Positions 1-10,298 are shown, counted from the stretch's first letter. The stretch is 29,198 nucleotides of DNA from Candidatus Helarchaeota ASGARD archaeon Hel_GB_B (GCA_005191425.1 SUPR01000038.1:1-29198); one strand, 5' to 3'. Numbers and translations are program-made. Notes: generated by a model not told the origin, from the letters alone.

Positions 1-545
1 CATTCTCAAAAAAATGGTCAATTTTCGTGGTAAAAGGTCTGTATCTGCTTGGAATTTAGTTTTATATTTTCATTTTACAATTCGCCAGTTTCCTGATCTG
101 GTCGAAGATGTAGTGGACGGGATGAAAATATGTCCGATTATTGCAAGGAGGTCTGAAAATCTATTCTGGAGGTCATTAAAAAGTGGTGTGAAATTAAAGT
201 CGGAAACTATTTATATAAAAAATTCCAAATAATGAAAGCAACGGAAATTAAAAAAACTCTGATTTTATTAGTTTTAATTTGAGTTTTCAAAAAAAATTTG
301 AAAAATATTTACACTTTTTCATTGAAATTTTTATAAACAAATTTCAACCAATACTTCATCAGATTTAACTAGAAAATCAACATCTATATAGAAAATTTAA
401 GAATTAAAGTTGGTAATAAAAAAATTAAATAAAATTATGTTGGATGTGATATTTTAGAAAAAATCGAAAAAATTAAAAAAATAGCATTGGAAAAATGTTG
501 GGTTTAAATTAAGAAAAAAATGCAATAATCAAAAAGTTCAAATAT

Positions 546-695
546 GGAACACCATGCTTGCTACTTTTTCTTTCGATTTAACCCAACAGTTGTCTGGGTG
601 CTCCCAGGCTACGGGGAACCCTCAAACCGGCGGAATCGTTCCGCAGATTGGGTAACTCCCTACATTTTCTTTTTCCACTTCAGGCATGGTGTTCC
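546..695 (+). ncRNA. Candidate structured non-coding RNA (alternatively a MITE-like element), family unrecognised
   Basis: 15-bp terminal inverted repeat (546-560 GGAACACCATGCTTG / 681-695 CAGGCATGGTGTTCC). Inner stem 581-586/648-653, hairpins 592-609 and 630-644. Core 581-660 is 48/80 G+C versus 14/60 in the flank 481-540. Both non-Watson-Crick positions are G-U on the + strand. Confidence 0.55.
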
Positions 696-895
696 TTCTT
701 TTTAAAAATTAAATCTCATCATCATTAAAATAATTTTTGGAAATTATGTTCTGAATTCAAAAAATTTTCTAATATAATTTGTGTATCATTTTCTCTTATT
801 TTTTAAGTTGGACGATTAATTTTACATTAAAAATTCTTTATTTGATCATTACCATAATTTCTATAAGAGGAAATGTAGAATATTAATTAGTAAAA

Positions 896-3139
896 ATGGA
901 AAAAAAAATTTCGACTCTAATTGAAAACATCAAGAATTCTGAATCTAGAGATCTTGTTTATTATTGGGAAGAGGAAAAAAGTTTTCCAGAATTTGTAGAT
1001 AATTTTAAAGGACTTAAATTGGACCCACGAATAGTAAAAGTCTTAAATTCATCTGGGATTAAACAATTATATGTTCATCAATATGATTCAATAAAAAAAA
1101 TTCTAAATGGACAAAATTTGATGCTAAACGCTGGTACAGGATCTGGTAAAACTGAGGCTTTTATAATTCCAATTATTTCTGAATGTTTAAAAAATAATGA
1201 TAAGTGTTTTGCAATTTTAATTTATCCTACAAAAGCATTAGCTTTAGACCAAATGGACAGAATGTATCAATTGACCAAAGAACTAGGTATAAAAATAGCC
1301 AAATATGACGGCGATACCCCTTATGATCAGCGAAATGATATTTTGAACAATCCTCCAAATATTTTGATTACAAATCCTGACATGCTCCATAGAAATATTC
1401 AGGATAAAAATCTTCAAAAAATATTATCGACAATAAGATTTGTTGTTTTTGATGAAATACACAATTATTCTGGAGTATTTGGGTCGTCCGTTCATTATAT
1501 CATCAAAAGACTCAAGCGGTTTATGGAGAATCCCCAGTTTATATGTCTTTCAGCAACAATTGGAAACCCTAAAAAATTTGCTGAAAATTTATTTGGAGAA
1601 AATTTTGAATTAGTTGAATCAAAAAAAATCTTAAGAAGAAAAAGAAAACACTTAATGATTAAGCCAAACCACTCAAAATATTCAGAAGCAGTTTATTTAA
1701 CTCGAGCTTTGTCCGAAAAAATAGGTATTAAAACTTTAATTTTTTGTGAAAGCCATCTGAGTTGCGAACTTCTTAAAAAGATAGCTGATTTTAGAAATAT
1801 TAGGTTAGGAATTCATAGAGCTGGAATAAATATTAAACATCGTTCTAAAGTTGAACAGATGCTAAAAAATAGTAAATATAACGCAGTTGTATGTACTCCA
1901 ACTCTCGAGTTAGGAATTGATATTGGCGATTTAGGCGCAATCATTAATCTTTCAATACCTCCTACTTTTAGTCGATATTTACAAAGAGTAGGAAGGTCTG
2001 GACGCAGAAATGAAGAATCTATTGACATTTTACTAATTGGTGAGGATCCTATTTCTAATTATTATATGCACCATCCAAGTGAATATTATGGGTCTAGCCC
2101 TGAGCCAGTTTATATTGATCCTGAGAACCCTGATGTTATTAAAAAACAATTAATTTCTATGTGTATTGATAGTCCTCTTGTCCCTCACGATTTACTTTCC
2201 CTAAATGAGAAAGAAAAGGAAATAATGCGCGAACTTTTAAGGGAGGGTTATATTCAAATCCAAGATAAGTTATACATTGTTGCTACAGACAAGGGAGAAA
2301 AATTGTTTTATACAATAAATCTACGTGGCTCAGGTGATGAAGTCTTAATAAAATGTAATGGAAAAATAATTGGAAAACGAGAAAAACAATTAGCAATAAG
2401 AGAATTATATGAGAATGCTATTTATATGGCAGGTGGCCACGATTATATTGTAGAAAAATACGATATAGATAATGATGTAGCTTATGTTAAAGAACTTTTT
2501 AAGCGTAGAAAATATTATACAAAAGCCTTATATAATTCCACAATATCTAACTTTAAATTGATCAATAATAAGATCGTTAAAGGTATTATTGTTAATTATG
2601 GCGAAGGAGAAATTAATGAAAAGGTAGATGGATATATTATAAAAGATTTGGTCGAAAATAAAACTTTACAAAAGAAAGAACTATCCGTACCACTTACATA
2701 TAGTTATAAGACTAAAATGTTATATATAAATTTACCATTTAACTCAAAATATAACATAAGTGACAGAATTAAAGCATCACATACTATTGAACATTTGTTT
2801 ATTCATGCAGGTATTTCTCTAACGGGCGCTAAAATTACCGAATTTGGTGGAATTTCATATCCTAATGGTTCCATTTTTATTTATGATTATATGCCCGGGG
2901 GTAGTGGACTAGCAAGATTGCTTTTTGCTCGATTTGATAAAATTTTGATGAGGTCTTTTGAAATTTTAAAAAATTGCCATTGCGAACGAGACGGATGTCC
3001 AAATTGTGTATTTTCACCATTTTGTGGATCAAATAATGAATTTCTCTCAAAATCAATTGCAATCAATGTATTATCTGACATTCTATACAACAATAATGAT
3101 AAATTAAGCCTAATTTTTAGTAAAACTCCAATTAAATAA
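896..3139 (+). CDS. DEAD/DEAH-box SF2 helicase with C-terminal DUF1998 Zn-binding domain (Hrq1/MrfA/SftH family)
   Basis: Walker A GTGSGKT, DExH (FDEIH), motif III SAT, motif VI QRVGRSGR, C-terminal CxC-x3-CxxC (CHCERDGCPNC) preceded by HTIEH. Confidence 0.92.
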   Translation: MEKKISTLIENIKNSESRDLVYYWEEEKSFPEFVDNFKGLKLDPRIVKVLNSSGIKQLYVHQYDSIKKILNGQNLMLNAGTGSGKTEAFIIPIISECLKNNDKCFAILIYPTKALALDQMDRMYQLTKELGIKIAKYDGDTPYDQRNDILNNPPNILITNPDMLHRNIQDKNLQKILSTIRFVVFDEIHNYSGVFGSSVHYIIKRLKRFMENPQFICLSATIGNPKKFAENLFGENFELVESKKILRRKRKHLMIKPNHSKYSEAVYLTRALSEKIGIKTLIFCESHLSCELLKKIADFRNIRLGIHRAGINIKHRSKVEQMLKNSKYNAVVCTPTLELGIDIGDLGAIINLSIPPTFSRYLQRVGRSGRRNEESIDILLIGEDPISNYYMHHPSEYYGSSPEPVYIDPENPDVIKKQLISMCIDSPLVPHDLLSLNEKEKEIMRELLREGYIQIQDKLYIVATDKGEKLFYTINLRGSGDEVLIKCNGKIIGKREKQLAIRELYENAIYMAGGHDYIVEKYDIDNDVAYVKELFKRRKYYTKALYNSTISNFKLINNKIVKGIIVNYGEGEINEKVDGYIIKDLVENKTLQKKELSVPLTYSYKTKMLYINLPFNSKYNISDRIKASHTIEHLFIHAGISLTGAKITEFGGISYPNGSIFIYDYMPGGSGLARLLFARFDKILMRSFEILKNCHCERDGCPNCVFSPFCGSNNEFLSKSIAINVLSDILYNNNDKLSLIFSKTPIK

Positions 3140-3311
3140 ATTTAATTGCTCTATATACATTTATTTAAATAAAATTTTTATGTCCTAATGAAAATAATAT
3201 AAAGAACCCGTCTACAAACTAAAAAACTACTTGTTATTTGTTTATTAAAAATTACAAATGTTATTCACATAATACATGGATTAATGAATATTAAATGAAA
3301 AATTATTCAAC

Positions 3312-3566
3312 ATGAGATTATTTAAAAAACTTTCGGACTATTTTGAAACTAATAGATACCAACACATAATACCAGCGGGTTTTGATTATAAGGACTTAGA
3401 AGAATTTCAATCAGTTCTTTTTAAAGAACATGAAATTGCAAGAATGAAGTATGATGAAACAAATAATAATGATTTTGCTGATATTGCTATTGATTGTTTG
3501 GTAACAATAAATCAATTGGAGCGGTTAAAACTTCGCACATTGATAAAAAATAAATTAGATTGGTAA
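3312..3566 (+). CDS. Small hypothetical protein (84 aa, predicted helical)
   Basis: ATG-started ORF filling the gap between the helicase and the convergent DUF362 gene; plausible charged composition; no family recognised. Confidence 0.6.
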   Translation: MRLFKKLSDYFETNRYQHIIPAGFDYKDLEEFQSVLFKEHEIARMKYDETNNNDFADIAIDCLVTINQLERLKLRTLIKNKLDW

Positions 3567-3627
3567 ATTTTTTTTTCCTTTTAAACTTTTGTTTAGAACA
3601 TTAAAAATGGCTTGATTTAATTGAATT

Positions 3628-4806
3628 TTATTCGTGTCTTATTTTATTAAGCTGCTGTCCTGGTAAGAGATCTGATGGATATTTTTTAAACAGTTTACCC
3701 CATTCAGTTTTATTATATTCTTTAATTCTTTTCCTGCCTACTGTATTAATCCAATAGAGGTCATGATAAATTGTCGAGAGCATAACTGGGCCAACATTAA
3801 AAAGCCAAGTATGTAATAAGGGCTCAAGAAATTTTAGACGTCCCTTTCTGACCATCTGGTCACCCCAAATTACAAGACTTCTTTTTACTTTAAATCCCCA
3901 ATTTACCTTCTTATAGTCAATACCATCATCTGTTATAATTTCGATTTGGTCAATATCGCCAACACCAAGTCCTTCATCATGTGCGAGTTTTATAAAGGGC
4001 AATTTTAAAGGGTCAAACCCCATGATACTAGCAGCTACTGCATCGACAGCTACTTGGTCATATCCCGCCATTATAATATTCTTAATTCGCGGTATCATAC
4101 ACCTGGGCCCTTCACCATCTCCTGCTACAGTTCCATCTACGATTGCCATTATATTTGGATGTATTTGCTTTTGTATTATTAATAAATCAACAAGTACTTC
4201 ACTCATATACTGGTGGGAAAAATGCCGTCTTTTTGTTAATAGCCCACCAAATGCATTTTTCATAGCGCAAGTAATTCCACCACCAGTTTCAGGATTTTCA
4301 CGGCTAAATTTTCCACCTTTTGCTCCTGTATGACCATGCGTCTTAAAGGTAGGTAAATGCATAATATTTTTCCCTATATAAAATGCTGGAATACTGAAAC
4401 CTTTTGGGAAAATAACTGAATCAAGGACATGGAGTGGGATCTTACTTTTAAATGGTATAAATTTTACTCGTGTAAGTGGGACAAAATAGCAATTATATTT
4501 ACTTATTATTGGTTTCCATTTATTACCGTTTAGACCTTTTGATATATTTGTTACAACTGTTCTATTTTCGGCTGTAAAAATATTTTCACCTTTAAAACCA
4601 TCTTCTCGTAACTTTTTTAATACTCCTTCTACCTGCCATGGCGGTGATGAACATGCCGGAAAATATTTACTCCATGACAAATTTAATTTTACTATTAATT
4701 TCTTTTTAGGGTCAAAATGTTTAGTATAATTTGTCATGTCCATTAAATCTGCGTAATCTTTTAAAATAGTCTCTGCAGTTACTTTCTTTATATATATTTT
4801 TGGCAT
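3628..4806 (-). CDS. DUF362 domain-containing putative Fe-S protein
   Basis: VKLNL near N-terminus, HLPTFKTH, T-C-AMKNxFG, DGTVAGDGEGP and DxVAVDAVAAxIMGFDP motifs typical of DUF362. Confidence 0.85.
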   Translation of the reverse strand: MPKIYIKKVTAETILKDYADLMDMTNYTKHFDPKKKLIVKLNLSWSKYFPACSSPPWQVEGVLKKLREDGFKGENIFTAENRTVVTNISKGLNGNKWKPIISKYNCYFVPLTRVKFIPFKSKIPLHVLDSVIFPKGFSIPAFYIGKNIMHLPTFKTHGHTGAKGGKFSRENPETGGGITCAMKNAFGGLLTKRRHFSHQYMSEVLVDLLIIQKQIHPNIMAIVDGTVAGDGEGPRCMIPRIKNIIMAGYDQVAVDAVAASIMGFDPLKLPFIKLAHDEGLGVGDIDQIEIITDDGIDYKKVNWGFKVKRSLVIWGDQMVRKGRLKFLEPLLHTWLFNVGPVMLSTIYHDLYWINTVGRKRIKEYNKTEWGKLFKKYPSDLLPGQQLNKIRHE

Positions 4807-5177
4807 TTTCTATTCCTTCTTAATTCTACGGGAAAAATTTCTTAGAAAGTTCTCTATCTTTACTTTCTATATATTTTTTATTTTAATTATTTTTTTAAAT
4901 TAATAGAATGTTAATTTTACAATCAATGAGGAATTTTATTTCAATATTTAATAATATATTTTTTCTTGAAAAAATTTTCTAAATATTTCTAATTGCAAAA
5001 ATTTTTGATATTTTGTGTAGTTGATTTCAAATCTATTCTTTTTAATCTTTTATAATATTTATTTTCATAAAAATTAATACATAGATTAAGAAAAATATAA
5101 AAAAATATTAATTTTTTAAATTCATAAAATATTTTAAAATTGATAATTTAAAACCTTTTCATTGGAGCCGAATAAAA

Positions 5178-6437
5178 ATGTCATCGGATTATATAAACCC
5201 TGATTATATAAGATATGAAGATTTAGACCATGTATATGGCGAATCTATGTTCCCTGGAAGCTTATTTCTTTATACAAAAGAAGAAAATGAGTTTCGGACT
5301 AACCTTCGTAATTTTATTATGGACGAAATTGCACCGTTAGTCCCTGAGATCGAAGAGAAAGCGAGTTTTGACCTATGCTTGGAAGCTTATCATCGACTTG
5401 GAAAAGCTGGATATTTAACATTCTCATTTCCCAAATCTATAGGTGGTCAAGGTAAAGGATATGTTTATAGGACAATATTTGGTGAAGAGTTAGCTGCTGT
5501 TAATAGTGCAATTGTTGTAACTTATGGAGCTTCAGCAAATCTTTTTGCTGCTCCGATAATTCACTTTGGGACAGAAGAACAAAAAAAGAAATTTCTAAAA
5601 CCAATTATGAATGGTGAACTTTTAGGTGCAATTGGAATAACCGAACCATCTGCTGGGAGTGATGCTGTTGGTGGAATGAAAACAACTGCAATAAAAAAAG
5701 GTAATGTCTATGTTATTAATGGCGAAAAAAGATATATTACCAATGGCTCTAGAGCTGATTACATTTTATTATATGCACTAACAGATCCGAACGCTCCTAG
5801 GAAACATAACGGAATAAGTGCCTTTATCTTTCCCACTGATACGCCTGGATTTGAACGAGTAAAAGATTATGAACTTGCTGGACGTCGTGGATCAGTCAAT
5901 TCGCAATTAAGATTCCATAATTGTGAAGTACCGGCAGAGAACCTTGTAGGTGGCCCTGAAATGGAGAATAAAGGAATAAAAATAATGATGTATGGACTTG
6001 ATGGAGAACGGTGCTTTACATGTTCTCAATATGTTGGAATAGCCCGTACTGCATTTGAAATTGCCACCAAATTTGCAAATATTAGAGTACAATTCAAAAA
6101 AAGACTGCGCGATTTTGAAGGTATTAGTTTTAAAATTGCTGAAATGTACGCAAAATTAGAAGCAGGTAGATTACTTATGTTAAGAGCTGCTAGAATGCTT
6201 GATAATGGACTCAATGCAACAAAAGAAGTGGCTGCTGCTAAATTTACTTGCGCCACAAATCAGATGGAAATAGTTGTCGAAGCAATGCAAATATTGGGTG
6301 GAATTGGTTATACAAAAGAATTTCCATTAGAACAGCTCTTCAGAGACTCCAAGATATCTCAGATTTCTGCTGGTACTGTAGAAATACTTAAATTCTTGTG
6401 TCAAAGAGAAATCTACAAGGCATTTAACTTAAAATAA
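5178..6437 (+). CDS. Acyl-CoA dehydrogenase (isovaleryl-CoA-dehydrogenase-like catalytic layout)
   Basis: ITEPSAGSD, NGEKRYITNG, QILGGIGY, FRDSKISQISAGTVEI; upstream GGAG RBS. Confidence 0.95.
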   Translation: MSSDYINPDYIRYEDLDHVYGESMFPGSLFLYTKEENEFRTNLRNFIMDEIAPLVPEIEEKASFDLCLEAYHRLGKAGYLTFSFPKSIGGQGKGYVYRTIFGEELAAVNSAIVVTYGASANLFAAPIIHFGTEEQKKKFLKPIMNGELLGAIGITEPSAGSDAVGGMKTTAIKKGNVYVINGEKRYITNGSRADYILLYALTDPNAPRKHNGISAFIFPTDTPGFERVKDYELAGRRGSVNSQLRFHNCEVPAENLVGGPEMENKGIKIMMYGLDGERCFTCSQYVGIARTAFEIATKFANIRVQFKKRLRDFEGISFKIAEMYAKLEAGRLLMLRAARMLDNGLNATKEVAAAKFTCATNQMEIVVEAMQILGGIGYTKEFPLEQLFRDSKISQISAGTVEILKFLCQREIYKAFNLK

Positions 6438-6768
6438 GTATTTTCTAAAATACATAAAAAATTTTTAAAATATAATTATTAATTTATTAAAAGTTATGGA
6501 CCCCAACCCCTTAACTGAAGAATATCCCTATATCATTCATTTAGGTCCAAAGTTATTCAATATAACAAATTTCACTTTTTATATCTATTATTTTTTTTTA
6601 ATAATTTTAAATTATTTCTTTATTATCAATGCATTTACTTACTCATCCCCCATTTTTTAAATTTTCTATAACAAATATAATTTTCATTTTCTAGGAATTC
6701 ATAGAAAAATATTATAATTATTATTACCCATATTTTATAAGTGAAAAATTTAATTTTACTTATTTTTA

Positions 6769-7878
6769 GTGAATGAAATGTATGATGAAAAAGAAAAATT
6801 AATCGCAATAAGAAATATTGTCAAGAAATCAAAAATATATTTTTATAAAGAAGTTATCCTTTTTATTGATAAATATCTAAATGGAGAAATTCCTCCAAAT
6901 TCCATTATAGATAAATCTAATATTTCTGCTATTTTAAATATTGATAAAATAAAAGTTTCAAAAATTCTAAGTATTCTCAAGAAATTAGGGGTCATCGAGA
7001 AAATTGGTAATCAAAAATATTATTTAAAAAAAGTTAGTGATTTCAAAAACATTGCAAAAAATTGGGTAATGGACTCAATATCAAATGATTTAGATGATTT
7101 AAATTTATTGTTCAATGAACATAGTCAAATCACTTTTTTCCAAAATTTGGATTTATTAGCAGGGTATTCTAAGAGCAATGAACTTATTAGTACGCTCAAT
7201 TTAAACAAAAACATATATCAAGAAAATTGTTTATGTGAATTATTATTTAAGGAAAATTGGGACGGTATCCCAAACTCGCACAAAGATGTTATTGATGGGA
7301 GCATTTCAAAATATATTTATGAACTTTATCATACAAAATATTTGATTCTAAAAAAGAAACTAGATTCTTTATCTAATGATCCCTATTGTAGTGGCAAATT
7401 CTATTATATCACCTGTCTTAAGCAAATTAAAAACATTTTTTTCCCTCAATTTATCGATAGCGTAAAACCATTGCCAAAAAAAAATAGGAAAACTTTAGTC
7501 TATTTACTTAATAATTTTAGAGATGGTATTTATGAATTCAAGAGATATTTCGATAAAAATAAATTCATGTTAATAATAAACACATCTTTCGATAGATTTA
7601 ATGGCCCCATGATACTTGTTGATAATTATTTTTTACAATTATATTATGAAGATTATTATTCTCCAATAAATTCATCGATTCTATATTTTAATAACCCACA
7701 TATTTCCAGAATAATTTCTGATAAATTTATAAAATTGTTTTTGACGCTATTTCGTCATGAAATTGCTCAGTTTAATATATTTTCAGATTTTGATAAAATG
7801 TCTGGAAGTGAATACGGCAATTATTTATATCAGTTGGCTATAAAAGTCTTGGACAATTATATTGAGAAAATAAAATAA
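6769..7878 (+). CDS. Putative transcriptional regulator: N-terminal winged HTH (GntR-like) plus unassigned C-terminal domain
   Basis: LNGEIPPNSII...VSKILSILKKLGVIEKIG resembles the GntR wHTH pattern; GTG start, alternative ATG at 6778. Confidence 0.55.
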   Translation: MNEMYDEKEKLIAIRNIVKKSKIYFYKEVILFIDKYLNGEIPPNSIIDKSNISAILNIDKIKVSKILSILKKLGVIEKIGNQKYYLKKVSDFKNIAKNWVMDSISNDLDDLNLLFNEHSQITFFQNLDLLAGYSKSNELISTLNLNKNIYQENCLCELLFKENWDGIPNSHKDVIDGSISKYIYELYHTKYLILKKKLDSLSNDPYCSGKFYYITCLKQIKNIFFPQFIDSVKPLPKKNRKTLVYLLNNFRDGIYEFKRYFDKNKFMLIINTSFDRFNGPMILVDNYFLQLYYEDYYSPINSSILYFNNPHISRIISDKFIKLFLTLFRHEIAQFNIFSDFDKMSGSEYGNYLYQLAIKVLDNYIEKIK

Positions 7879-7902
7879 AAACTTAATAATCTTCTTTATA
7901 CT

Positions 7903-8712
7903 TCAGTTGATTTCAATCTTTTTTTTCCAAACAAAAAAGTATGTTAGAATACCCGCAATTATAATTCCTGCAATTACAATATAAATTCGAGGATCATCCA
8001 AATCAAATGGAATTAGATTTAAAATTGGTAAATCAATACCATTTAATCGGAATGAATTATAAAATTGTTCATTCATAAAATCTTGAACTACTGAATAAAT
8101 CCCCAAATATAATACCATATTGCTCATAATTCCAACAAATGACTTTATCTTTTTTATTCTTATCCAATTTATGCAATATGATATTAATACAATTGAAATA
8201 CAAATATAAAACCCTTGGTATCCGTGGTGCATTCCCAAATGGACTGCCGGATAGTTATTTTCCCATGGAATTTGTTGTTTGCTCATAAAAAAATTTAGTC
8301 CAGGAATATCCCCAATAAAAATTCCTATTAGAGCAAATATCCAAGGTAATGAAACAAAAGTTAAACAGATAGTCGATATTATTCTAAACTTATCATTATA
8401 GAATGGTTTAATAACTTTTTGTCCAATTCTATAATTTTCTTTATATTTTGTTGAAAATTTTTTATTAAAAATTATGTGATCAATTATTAAAATGACCGTG
8501 AATATAATTGGAAGGAGACCTAATGTATCTAATGTGTCCAATGCCCATTGAAATCCTGCATTTATAGTTCCATAGGGTAAATGCCCTATCATTGCCCAAT
8601 CGTCATTGATTAACCAATAACAAAAAAATGTTGAAATAACTGAAAAAAGCATAAATATCCACATTAATATCACTGCCACTTTATACCTTTTAGGTGTATT
8701 CTCAATGTTCAT
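7903..8712 (-). CDS. Multi-pass membrane protein with His-rich motif
   Basis: About 6 hydrophobic segments; VHLGMHHG and QDFMNEQ motifs. Confidence 0.8.
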   Translation of the reverse strand: MNIENTPKRYKVAVILMWIFMLFSVISTFFCYWLINDDWAMIGHLPYGTINAGFQWALDTLDTLGLLPIIFTVILIIDHIIFNKKFSTKYKENYRIGQKVIKPFYNDKFRIISTICLTFVSLPWIFALIGIFIGDIPGLNFFMSKQQIPWENNYPAVHLGMHHGYQGFYICISIVLISYCINWIRIKKIKSFVGIMSNMVLYLGIYSVVQDFMNEQFYNSFRLNGIDLPILNLIPFDLDDPRIYIVIAGIIIAGILTYFFVWKKKIEIN

Positions 8713-8870
8713 AATTTATTTACCTCTAATTTTTATAATGATTTATAATATCCTTTATTATATTATATCAATTCTTTTTTTTTTAATATATAATTATATT
8801 TTCATTTAAAAAAGAGTCATTTTAGTAAAAAAATTTTTTATTCATAAAATTTTAGATACTTTTTAATTAT

Positions 8871-10298
8871 GTGATCGATATGTGGAAAAGATTATTATTA
8901 ATAAATACTAACATTTGGAGCAATCTAATTACAGATAATTTTAATTTACCACCTTTAGGATTAGAATATTTAGTTTCATATGTAAGAGACTTAATAAAAG
9001 TAGAAATTCTTGATGCACGGAATTTTCGTATGAGTTATCAAAAAATTGAGAATTATATCAAGAGTTATAAACCAGATATAGTGGGGATTAATTGTAATTT
9101 TACATGTGGAATAAATGCTGCATTTGAAACAGCAAGATTAGTAAAAGAGAAATATAATCCAGAATGTCCTGTAATATTTGGAGGTTGGCATCCTACCTTA
9201 AAGCCCGATGAATGTTTGAAAAATCCATGGGTCGATGCTATAATATTAGGAGAAGGCGAGCTGACTCTAAGAGAATTGATTAAAAAAGGTAGTTTTGAAA
9301 ATGTGGATGGTATTTTTTATAAAAAAGAGGGAAAGATAGTACATAACAAAGAACGGCAATTAATAGAAAATTTGGATGATTTAAAATTCCCATATCGTGA
9401 AAATCGTAAATTTAAAAAGTTTCAAATGTTTAATATCCCAGTTGATACAATTGAAACTTCGCGAGGGTGTCCCCATACCTGCAAATTTTGCTGCATTCAT
9501 GTGTTTTACAGACATAGATGGCGGCCTAGATCGCCCCTTAATATAATAAAAGAGCTATATGAAATTAGAAAAAATAGTAATGTTAGAGATATTTTGATAG
9601 TAGATGACAACTTTACAGTTAATATGAAGCGAATAGAAAAATTATGCAAATTAATAATTAAAAGTAAGCTTGATTTTCACTTTATATGTCAAACAAGACT
9701 TGATAGCATTGCAAAAAACCCTAAGATTGTAAGGTTAATGGCAAAAGCAGGATTTTGGCTTATGTTTGTGGGTATAGAATCCATTACAAAAAAGGGCCTC
9801 ACGGACGTCAATAAAAAAATTAATGTTGAAACTATTCATAAAGCTATTAAAATATTACACGAAAATCACATTATTATTGTAGGAAATGTCATTATTGGGG
9901 CAGATTTAGATGAAACAGAAGAAGATATTATGAAAAATGTAGATAATATTAAAAAATTACAAGTCGATTTTATGAGTTATTCTATTTTAACTCCTCTGCC
10001 AAGTACAAAAATTTTTGAAAAATTAGAAAATGAAAATTTAATTATAAATAAAAATTGGGCTGATTATAATTTTAAAAATGCGGTAATAAAAACACACCAG
10101 TTAACTCCAAAAGATTTAACCAGAATTACTCGGTTAGTAAACATTAATGCTGCCTTACATAGGTCAAATTTAAATCTATTCAGAAAGCTTTCAAAATCAA
10201 GAGGAATATTATTCATTATAAAAAACGGGATAAATTCGGCACTTGACATAATCAATATATTTTTAAAGGCAAAACTTGCAAAACGACAAACTAAATAA
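8871..10298 (+). CDS. B12-binding domain radical SAM protein (class B methyltransferase-like)
   Basis: N-terminal PPLGL...DIVGI...GGWHPT...GEGE cobalamin-binding fold; ETSRGCPHTCKFC (CxxxCxxC); VDDNF, GIES. Start may be the ATG at 8880. Confidence 0.92.
   Translation: MIDMWKRLLLINTNIWSNLITDNFNLPPLGLEYLVSYVRDLIKVEILDARNFRMSYQKIENYIKSYKPDIVGINCNFTCGINAAFETARLVKEKYNPECPVIFGGWHPTLKPDECLKNPWVDAIILGEGELTLRELIKKGSFENVDGIFYKKEGKIVHNKERQLIENLDDLKFPYRENRKFKKFQMFNIPVDTIETSRGCPHTCKFCCIHVFYRHRWRPRSPLNIIKELYEIRKNSNVRDILIVDDNFTVNMKRIEKLCKLIIKSKLDFHFICQTRLDSIAKNPKIVRLMAKAGFWLMFVGIESITKKGLTDVNKKINVETIHKAIKILHENHIIIVGNVIIGADLDETEEDIMKNVDNIKKLQVDFMSYSILTPLPSTKIFEKLENENLIINKNWADYNFKNAVIKTHQLTPKDLTRITRLVNINAALHRSNLNLFRKLSKSRGILFIIKNGINSALDIINIFLKAKLAKRQTK

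Noticed and set aside
2-232. ORF 14..232, open from the window edge; region also has a hairpin at about 81-106 (TTCGCCAG...CTGGTCGAA) containing CCTGATCTGG
   Set aside because: No recognisable motif. It may be the 3' end of an upstream gene but cannot be judged here. CCTGATCTGG recalls the TPP riboswitch, but the rest of that consensus is absent.
546-695. tRNA, tRNA-Sec, SRP RNA, 5S rRNA, fluoride/cobalamin/TPP riboswitch or SECIS identity for the structured element
   Set aside because: No TTCRA T-loop or proper anticodon arm, no SRP helix-8 motif, and riboswitch core consensus is incomplete on both strands. No target-site duplication is visible for a confident MITE call.
896-3139. DUF1998 helicase as part of a defence system (DISARM/Druantia/Dpd)
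   Set aside because: It is the full-length helicase+DUF1998 housekeeping architecture; no methylase, nuclease or PLD partner genes are adjacent.
3312-3566. MazG-like nucleotide pyrophosphatase motif in the 84-aa protein (EEF...EHE...DFAD)
   Set aside because: Acidic residue spacing only loosely fits; kept as hypothetical.
8871-10298. Radical SAM gene as the GRE activase
   Set aside because: It has an N-terminal B12-binding domain and a central CxxxCxxC, not the short N-terminal-motif activase architecture.
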